From NCBI GenBank assembly GCA_963772065.1, contig CAVYVZ010000007.1:212249-276248 (forward strand): a stretch of DNA of 64,000 nt. Reading direction: 5' to 3'. Shown in pieces: positions 57,659 through 64,000 of the stretch. The first letter of the stretch is position 1. Each line of letters opens with the position of its first letter. Source of the DNA: an uncultured Acidobacteriota bacterium (GTDB lineage Bacteria; Acidobacteriota; Vicinamibacteria; Vicinamibacterales; UBA2999). The position numbers and the translations under genes were made by a program. A model generated the notes under the pieces. The model was not told the DNA's origin. It saw only the letters and a list, made by a program, of their open reading frames with translations, and ran no database searches.

Positions 57659-60118
57659 ATGTATCCGGGCGCCCTCAGAGCCCTTGAATTCGACCGCATC
57701 GTGTCGGTAGTCACCGGCCTGGCGGTCACCCCCACGGGAGCCGCACGGCTGGCGCAGCTGCGCCCGCTCACCGATCCGGGGCGCGTGATCGCCTCGCAGC
57801 GGGCGACCTCCGAGGGCGTGCGCTTTCTCGCTGACAATCCGGGGTTTCCACTCCGTGCCCCAGCCGACCTCGACGCGACGCTCGACGCACTCGGCATCGA
57901 AGGGCGGCCCCTCGAACCGCTGCGTCTGCTCGGTCTCGCCGATTATCTCGAGTCGATCGAGCAGTCGCGCGCCGCCATTGCGAAGCTGGGATCGTCGTTC
58001 CCGCTGCTCTCGAACCTCGTGGACGGGGTCGCGTCGTTCAAGGCGGAGATCGCCGACATCCGCCACAAGATCGATCCGGCCGGCGAGGTCGCCGACCATG
58101 CGAGCCCTGCGCTCGCGAGCATCCGCGACCGCCTGCGTCGCCAGAAGGCGCGCCTCCGCAGCACCCTCGAGTCGTTCCTGCGCGGCCGCGACACGTCGAA
58201 ATACCTGCAGGACCAGGTCGTCACCGATCGCAACGGCCGATACGTGCTCGTCGTGCGGGCGGAGCATCGATCAGCCATCCCCGGCATCATCCATGGCGCT
58301 TCGGCCAGCGGCGCCAGCCTCTTCCTCGAGCCGCTCTCCACGGTGGAGATCAACAACGACATCGTGGCGACCGAAGAGCAGGAAGCGGAGGAGGTGCGGC
58401 GCATCCTGTCGCAGCTCACGAACGCGCTCCGCTCCAGGCCAGCCGACCTGCGCAGGACGCTCGACGTGGCCACCGAGCTCGACATGGTCCAGGCGAAGGC
58501 GCGCTTCTCTCGCATCGTTGCGGGCATCGAGCCGGCGATTGCCGCCGATTCGACCTTTGAGCTGCGCGGTGCGCGCCATCCGCTGCTGATGAAAGCCGTC
58601 AACGAGCGGCTCGAGGACGGCCGCGACGAAGGCATCGAGCCCGTGCCCGTGGACGTGCTGCTGATTCCCCCCGCCCGCGTCCTGGTGATTACCGGGCCGA
58701 ACACCGGCGGCAAGACGGTGGCGCTGAAGACCGCCGGTCTGCTCGCCGTGATGGCGCAGGCGGGGCTGCACATCCCGGCGGAACACGGCTCGCGGCTGCC
58801 GGTGTTCCGGTCGGTTTTCGCCGATATCGGCGACGAGCAGTCGATCTCCGCGAGCCTCAGCACGTTCTCCGCGCATGTCAGCAACGTGGTCTCGATGGAT
58901 CGCGACCTGCAGCTCCCCGCGCTGGTGCTGCTCGACGAGGTGGGCGCGGGCACCGATCCGGTGGAGGGTGGCGCGCTCGGGACGGCCGTGATCGACCACT
59001 TCAGGCAGCGGGGCGCGCATCTCATCGCCACCACTCACTACGATGCGCTGAAGTCGTACGCGTCAACCACAGCGGGCGTGCAAAGCGCCGCCTTCGGCTT
59101 CAACGCGGAGACGTTTGCCCCCACCTATCGCCTGATCTACGGGTCCCCCGGTCGCAGCCTCGCAATCGAGATTGCCGCGCGGCTCGGGATGCCCGCCAGC
59201 GTCATCGGGTCGGCCCGTGCGAATCTCGGCGAGCGCGAGAAGCAGCTGGCGGATCAGCTCGCGAAGATGGACGGCGAGCTGCGCGCGCTCGAGCACGAGC
59301 GGCGGCTCGTCGCGCGCGAGCGCCAGTCTGTTGGCGATACCGAGCAGAAGCTGCGCGCGCGCGAGGATGCGATCAGGGACCGTGAAACGACCGTCAAGCA
59401 GCGGCTCGACAAGCGGCTCGATGAGCAGCTGCGCGACGCGAGGCGCGAGATCGACGCGGTGATCGAGGGCCTCAAAGCGCGCGCGGCCGAGATGACGACG
59501 CAGGCGGCGCGATTGGTGATGCCCGCGATCAGCACCGGTCACTCGGGCGCCGCCAGAGCGGACGCGCGCGCCGCGGTCGAGCGGGTGGTGGACCGCGTCA
59601 GGGAAGGTACGTCCGGTTCATCGGCTGCGGCTCGCGGAGGCGCTGCTCCGGGCGAATCGCAGGCCGCCGTCATCGAAGGCGCCCGCGTGGCCGTGGGCGG
59701 GCTCGGCCTCGAGGGCGTCGTCATGCACGTGCACGAGGGTCACGCGGAAGTGGACGTGCGCGGCAAGCGGCTTCGGGCGGCCGTTTCCGAGCTGCACGTC
59801 CTCGGCCAGGCGCCTTCGCCGGCGTCCGCCCCATCGGTCAGGGTGAACGTGGATCTCCAACCTCGCCAAGGATCGCTGTCGGACTTGAACGTCATCGGCT
59901 GCTCGGTCGACGAGGCGATCACGCGCGCGGAAAAGTTCCTCGATGAGACGACGGTGAGCGATCAGCGCACCGTCCGCTTCATCCACGGATTCGGCACGGG
60001 GCAGCTTCGGCGTGCGCTGCAGGACTTCCTGAAAAACCACCCGCTCGTCGCGAGCTACCATCTGGCCCCGCAGGATCAAGGTGGCGGCGGCGTCACGGTT
60101 GTCGAACTGAAGGACTGA
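57659..60118 (+). CDS. mutS2: Endonuclease MutS2 (MutS ATPase domain plus C-terminal Smr domain)
   Basis: ORF track, 819 aa. Walker A is GPNTGGKT. The Smr tail is ..VRFIHGFGTGQLRRAL.. Confidence 0.93.
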   Translation: MYPGALRALEFDRIVSVVTGLAVTPTGAARLAQLRPLTDPGRVIASQRATSEGVRFLADNPGFPLRAPADLDATLDALGIEGRPLEPLRLLGLADYLESIEQSRAAIAKLGSSFPLLSNLVDGVASFKAEIADIRHKIDPAGEVADHASPALASIRDRLRRQKARLRSTLESFLRGRDTSKYLQDQVVTDRNGRYVLVVRAEHRSAIPGIIHGASASGASLFLEPLSTVEINNDIVATEEQEAEEVRRILSQLTNALRSRPADLRRTLDVATELDMVQAKARFSRIVAGIEPAIAADSTFELRGARHPLLMKAVNERLEDGRDEGIEPVPVDVLLIPPARVLVITGPNTGGKTVALKTAGLLAVMAQAGLHIPAEHGSRLPVFRSVFADIGDEQSISASLSTFSAHVSNVVSMDRDLQLPALVLLDEVGAGTDPVEGGALGTAVIDHFRQRGAHLIATTHYDALKSYASTTAGVQSAAFGFNAETFAPTYRLIYGSPGRSLAIEIAARLGMPASVIGSARANLGEREKQLADQLAKMDGELRALEHERRLVARERQSVGDTEQKLRAREDAIRDRETTVKQRLDKRLDEQLRDARREIDAVIEGLKARAAEMTTQAARLVMPAISTGHSGAARADARAAVERVVDRVREGTSGSSAAARGGAAPGESQAAVIEGARVAVGGLGLEGVVMHVHEGHAEVDVRGKRLRAAVSELHVLGQAPSPASAPSVRVNVDLQPRQGSLSDLNVIGCSVDEAITRAEKFLDETTVSDQRTVRFIHGFGTGQLRRALQDFLKNHPLVASYHLAPQDQGGGGVTVVELKD

Positions 60119-61878
60119 TGGCGCTCTTCCCGCAGCAGTTCATCGACGACCTGAAGCAGCAGGCCGACATCGTCGTCGTGATTCAGGACTATGTGTCCTT
60201 GAAGAAGACGGGGGCGAGCTACAAGGGGCTCTGTCCGTTTCACGGTGAAAAGACTCCCTCGTTCATCGTCCACCGCGACAAGGGGTTCTTTCACTGCTTC
60301 GGCTGCAACGTCGGCGGCGACGTCATCAAGTTCATCGAGCTCCACGAGAAGGTGGGCTTTGCCGATGCGGTCAAGATGCTGGCACAGCGCTTCGGCATCC
60401 CGCTGCCCGAGCTCGAGGCAAGCGATGAGCAGCGGACCACTGCGATCGAGCGGGAGGCGCTGCTGAAGGTCCATGAGGCCGCCGCTGCCTTCTTTCGTCA
60501 ACAGCTGGCGTCCAATGCGGGAGCGCGGGTTCGCCGGCAGATCGCCGATCGCGGGATCAGTCAGGCCACGAGCGATGCGCTCGGACTGGGCTATGCGCCG
60601 AACGCACGGGACTCTCTGAGGACCGCGCTGTTCGGGCAGGGGTTCTCCCAGCCACTCCTCCTGCGCGCCGGCCTCCTCGTGCAGCGGGACGATGGGACCG
60701 CGATCGACCGGTTCCGGCATCGGCTGATGATCCCGATCTGCCGCGACACGGGCTCGGTGATTGCCTTTGGCGGCCGCGCCATTGACGGGGATCAGCAGCC
60801 GAAGTACCTCAACTCGCCGGAAACGCCGATCTACTCGAAGAGTCGAACGCTCTATGGCCTGAACCTCTCGAAGGCGGCGATGCGTCAAGGCGGCTTCGCG
60901 GTGCTCGTCGAGGGGTATTTCGATTTCGCGCAGGTGTATCAGGCCGGCTTTCAGGCTGTGGTGGCATCGTGCGGAACGGCGCTGACGCCGCAGCAGGCGC
61001 AGCAGCTCCGGCGCTTCACCGGCAAGGTCGTTCTGAGCTTCGACCCGGACGCCGCGGGGCAGGGAGCGGCGGCCAAATCGTGCGAGATGCTCGTCGCCGA
61101 AGGCTTCGAGGTGAACGTCGCGGTGCTGCCGGCGGGCGATGACCCGGACACGTTCGTCCGGAAACAAGGTGGCGCCGGTTACGCCGAGCGCCTCCGCCGA
61201 TCGATGCCCTACCTGGACTTCCTCCTCGACCGAACGGCAACCCGGTTCGACCTGAAAACTGCCGAAGGCAAGGCGCGCTACGTCCAAGAGATGCTGCCGG
61301 TCGGCAATCGACTCACGGAACGCACCCGGCGGGAGCTGTTCGCGGAGGCGCTGGCGGGACGGGCCGGTGTGTCCAGCGAAGCGGTGTTGAGCGAGCTGAG
61401 AAAGGTGGCCACGCAGGGCACGGTTACAAAACGGGAGGTCCCCAGCTTTGGGCAGGTCACCAAGGCAGAAAAGGGACTGATTTGGCTGTTAATCCATCGA
61501 CCCCAGGAGGCGTTACCGGCGGTCGAAGGGCTCGAACCGGCCGATCTCGAGGGGCTGGCCGCCAGTTCGGTGCTGGACCTGACGAGGAAACTGAACGATG
61601 ATAAGGGGTTCTCTCCATCTGTGCTCCTCGAGCGTCTAAGCATGGTAGAGGCGCAGCTGGTCACCGGGATTGCCGGGGGACAGCCTGAGCCGCACGTGCA
61701 CGACGCCGACGGATGCGTGCGCAGCATCAAGCGTCTGAGGTACGAGCGGGAGCGCGCCGCGGTGCAAAGGGAGATCGATCGGTTGCAGCAGCTCGGGGCG
61801 GCGGAGCATGGAGCGCAGATCGACGCGCTCTGGTCGCGCAAGCAGGATCTGATACATCGCATCGAAGCACTCATCTGA
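60118..61878 (+). CDS. dnaG: DNA primase
   Basis: ORF track, 586 aa. The ATG overlaps the mutS2 TGA. Zinc ribbon CPFHGEKTPSF..FHCFGC. Toprim motif EGYFD. Confidence 0.95.
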   Translation: MALFPQQFIDDLKQQADIVVVIQDYVSLKKTGASYKGLCPFHGEKTPSFIVHRDKGFFHCFGCNVGGDVIKFIELHEKVGFADAVKMLAQRFGIPLPELEASDEQRTTAIEREALLKVHEAAAAFFRQQLASNAGARVRRQIADRGISQATSDALGLGYAPNARDSLRTALFGQGFSQPLLLRAGLLVQRDDGTAIDRFRHRLMIPICRDTGSVIAFGGRAIDGDQQPKYLNSPETPIYSKSRTLYGLNLSKAAMRQGGFAVLVEGYFDFAQVYQAGFQAVVASCGTALTPQQAQQLRRFTGKVVLSFDPDAAGQGAAAKSCEMLVAEGFEVNVAVLPAGDDPDTFVRKQGGAGYAERLRRSMPYLDFLLDRTATRFDLKTAEGKARYVQEMLPVGNRLTERTRRELFAEALAGRAGVSSEAVLSELRKVATQGTVTKREVPSFGQVTKAEKGLIWLLIHRPQEALPAVEGLEPADLEGLAASSVLDLTRKLNDDKGFSPSVLLERLSMVEAQLVTGIAGGQPEPHVHDADGCVRSIKRLRYERERAAVQREIDRLQQLGAAEHGAQIDALWSRKQDLIHRIEALI

Positions 61879-61911
61879 TTATTCGCGTCATACCGTCGGA
61901 GGAAGAGCGTC

Positions 61912-63618
61912 TTGTCCATCGAAGAAAAATACGACGAAGTCCGGCAGCTGATTAACGTCGGCAAGGAGAAGGGGTACCTGCTCTACGACGAGATCAACGA
62001 GCTGCTACCGTCGGAGGTCACCTCCTCTGAAGAGCTGGATGACCTCTTCAACGCGTTCGGCAGCGCGGGCATCGAGGTCGTCGATTCGGACAAGGCCTAC
62101 CTGGGCGAAAAGGGATTCGATCGTGAGGGCTCGGGCGACGAGCCGGAGCTCGATCTCACGCCGGGCGCGCTCGACAAGACGAACGACCCCGTCCGCATGT
62201 ACCTGCGCGAGATGGGCACCGTGCCGCTCCTCACCCGCGAGGGCGAGGTGGCGATCGCGAAGCGCATCGAGCAGGGCAAGCTCGCGGTGATCAAGTCGAT
62301 CTCACGGACGCCGACGATCGCGAAGGCGATCATCAACATGGGCGATCAGCTCCGGGCCGGCGAGCGGACCGTGCGGGAGCTGATCATCTTCACCGACGAG
62401 GAGATCACCGACGACCTCATCGAGGAGCGCGCGCAGCACCTGCTCAAGCAGATTGAGGCGGTGAGGAAGGCGCGCGTCGACTATCAGAAGCTCGCGGAGA
62501 AGATGGAGGAGACGCCGCGGAAGGACAAGCGGAAGTTCCGCCGCGCCCGCTGGAAGGCGCTCCGCGCGCGAATCCGCGTGTCGCAGCTCATTCGGAAGAT
62601 CGAGTTCACCGAGTCGGTGAAGCGGCGGCTTGTCGACGAAGTGAAGGAAGCGGTGGACGCGGTCCAGCGCGTGCAGCGCGAAGTGGACCTGATCGAACGG
62701 CAGCTGAATCCGCGCATCGCCGGCAAGATCAAGCCGGCGAAGATGAAGGACGAGGACCGCAAGAACCTTCAGAAGAAGCAGAAGGATCTCCGGACGAGCG
62801 TGAAGGCGCTCATCGACGAGCTCGAGGAAACGCCGGAGCGGCTGCGCCGCACGATCGAGGTGATCGCGCGCGGCGAGGCGCAGGCCGAGCAGGCCAAGAA
62901 GGAGCTCGTCGAAGCCAACCTCCGTCTCGTCGTCTCGATCGCGAAGAAGTACACGAACCGCGGCCTCCAGTTTCTCGACCTCATTCAGGAGGGCAACATC
63001 GGCCTGATGAAGGCGGTCGACAAGTTCGAGTACCGCCGCGGCTACAAGTTCTCCACGTACGCGACGTGGTGGATCCGGCAGGCAATCACCCGCGCGATCG
63101 CCGACCAGGCGCGGACGATTCGCATTCCCGTCCACATGATCGAGACGATCAACAAGCTGATTCGCACGTCGCGCGCGCTCGTGCAGGAGCTGGGTCGCGA
63201 GCCGACCTCCGAGGAGATCGCCAAGCGCATGGACATTCCGGTGGCGAAGGTCCGCAAGGTGCTGAAGATCGCGCAGGAGCCGATCTCCCTCGAGACGCCC
63301 ATCGGCGAGGAGGAAGATTCGCATCTCGGCGACTTCATCGAGGACCGGAACATCGTGTCGCCGGCCGAGGCGGTGATCAATCTGAACCTCAAGGAGCAGA
63401 CCGAGTCGGTGCTGAAGACGCTGACGCCGCGCGAGGAAAAGGTCATCAAGATGCGCTTCGGCGTCGGCGACGGCAGCGAGCACACGCTCGAGGAAGTGGG
63501 CCAGAGCTTCGCCGTCACGCGAGAACGCATACGTCAGATCGAGGCGAAGGCGCTGCGGAAGCTGCGCCACCCATCGCGGTCGCGTAAGCTGAAAGCGTTC
63601 CTCGAAGGACGCACGTAA
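61912..63618 (+). CDS. rpoD: Primary RNA polymerase sigma factor
   Basis: ORF track, 568 aa. The TTG start follows GGAGGAAG. Region 2 is [13 protein letters not shown]. Region 4.2 is [30 protein letters not shown]. Confidence 0.97.
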   Translation: MSIEEKYDEVRQLINVGKEKGYLLYDEINELLPSEVTSSEELDDLFNAFGSAGIEVVDSDKAYLGEKGFDREGSGDEPELDLTPGALDKTNDPVRMYLREMGTVPLLTREGEVAIAKRIEQGKLAVIKSISRTPTIAKAIINMGDQLRAGERTVRELIIFTDEEITDDLIEERAQHLLKQIEAVRKARVDYQKLAEKMEETPRKDKRKFRRARWKALRARIRVSQLIRKIEFTESVKRRLVDEVKEAVDAVQRVQREVDLIERQLNPRIAGKIKPAKMKDEDRKNLQKKQKDLRTSVKALIDELEETPERLRRTIEVIARGEAQAEQAKKELVEANLRLVVSIAKKYTNRGLQFLDLIQEGNIGLMKAVDKFEYRRGYKFSTYATWWIRQAITRAIADQARTIRIPVHMIETINKLIRTSRALVQELGREPTSEEIAKRMDIPVAKVRKVLKIAQEPISLETPIGEEEDSHLGDFIEDRNIVSPAEAVINLNLKEQTESVLKTLTPREEKVIKMRFGVGDGSEHTLEEVGQSFAVTRERIRQIEAKALRKLRHPSRSRKLKAFLEGRT

Positions 63619-63622
63619 GTGC

Positions 63623-63695
63623 GGGCCCGTAGCTCAGCGGTTAGAGCGGCCGGCTCATAATCGGTTGGTCCCAGGTTCGAATCCTGGCGGGCCCA
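63623..63695 (+). tRNA. tRNA with anticodon CAT (Met or lysidine-dependent Ile2); no encoded CCA
   Basis: Cloverleaf folded by hand: acceptor GGGCCCG/CGGGCCC, D-arm GCTC-AGCGGTTA-GAGC, anticodon arm GCCGG-CTCATAA-TCGGT, variable loop TGGTC, T-arm CCAGG-TTCGAAT-CCTGG, discriminator A. Confidence 0.9.
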
Positions 63696-63700
63696 TTCAA

Positions 63701-63796
63701 GAAGTTGAAAAGTGGACAAGTTCAAAGTGCAAAGTAGGTCTTGCAAATTCAGGATTGCCGCGACTGACTTGCCCATTTTGCACTTTCGACTTTCGC
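63701..63796. repeat. Weaker inverted repeat with (C)AAAGTG-type units between the tRNA and the next gene
   Basis: Left side is ..gaaaagtggacaagttcaaagtgcaaagtagg. Right side is cccattttgcactttcgactttcgc. The core caaagtgcaaa/tttgcactttg pairs, and the loop is about 33 nt. Confidence 0.45.
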
Positions 63797-64000
63797 ATGT
63801 CCGTGATGTCCCCTGACTTAGAGCGCCTGATCAAGCTTCAGCATCTCGAATCTGCCATCGAGGAGGCGAAGCGGACGATTGCGTCTCAGCCCGAGCGTCT
63901 CGCCGCCGCCGATGCGCGGCTGAACGACGCGAAGCACGCGGTCGACCACGCCAAGCAGCGGCTGAAAGACAGCCAGGACGTCCGCCGGGCCCTCGAAAAG
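63797..64000 (+). CDS. DUF164/COG1579-like coiled-coil zinc-ribbon protein, N-terminal fragment (runs off the window)
   Basis: My own translation from the ATG at 63797 gives MSVMSPDLERLIKLQHLESAIEEAKRTIASQPERLAAADARLNDAKHAVDHAKQRLKDSQDVRRALEK. The frame is open to the window end. Confidence 0.7.
   Translation, partial: MSVMSPDLERLIKLQHLESAIEEAKRTIASQPERLAAADARLNDAKHAVDHAKQRLKDSQDVRRALEK

Noticed and set aside
63534-63776. 80-aa minus-strand ORF overlapping the tRNA
   Set aside because: It is the antisense translation of the tRNA gene (..WARQDSNLGPTDYEPAALTAELRAR..), a well-known artefact.
1-64000. Programmed ribosomal frameshifting or transcriptional slippage as the cause of the frame breaks
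   Set aside because: The breaks occur in unrelated genes and in both directions. They lack a common slippery heptamer or a downstream pseudoknot. They mostly involve a one-base length change next to an identical G or C. Sequence error or mutation is far more parsimonious.
1-64000. Prophage, integrative element or transposon content
   Set aside because: No integrase, transposase, recombinase, terminase, capsid or conjugation genes were recognisable. The only tRNA has no flanking direct repeat that I could detect. The only accessory-looking loci are the FRG and RES/Xre genes.

Overview
High-GC (roughly two-thirds G+C by eye), gene-dense bacterial chromosomal segment. The gene content suggests Acidobacteriota, by inference only: an ADOP-type duplicated FtsX permease, three sortilin/VPS10-like BNR proteins, a CarboxypepD_reg-type TonB-dependent receptor and many secreted hydrolases. 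I can support about 57 protein-coding genes and one tRNA (anticodon CAT). I see no rRNA, no CRISPR array, and no transposase, integrase or phage structural genes. The housekeeping backbone is glyA, lepA-lepB, mutS2-dnaG-rpoD, a DinG-like helicase, yggS-divIVA-yggU, hutI, citrate synthase and an rlmI-like methyltransferase. Accessory content is a RES/Xre toxin-antitoxin pair; an FRG-domain gene with a small membrane-protein partner; a winged-helix/FHA regulator divergent from a degenerate sigma54-type AAA+ protein; and an extracytoplasmic haem/PQQ neighbourhood at 24.4-31.1 kb built mostly from uncharacterised families. Two peculiarities run across the whole window. (1) At least 17 single-base frame breaks interrupt otherwise well-conserved genes, several of them housekeeping. 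Homopolymer-type assembly errors are the simplest explanation, so affected genes span two or more ORF-track entries. (2) Almost every intergenic spacer longer than about 60 nt holds a palindrome whose two arms are tandem arrays of a 7-9 nt unit. These often abut or include the flanking stop or start codons. This is the most unusual signal I can see. I find no convincing evidence for a complete novel multi-gene defence or mobile system, and the candidates are ranked in the findings. Many long ORF-track entries are antisense or off-frame shadows typical of high-GC DNA and were not annotated.
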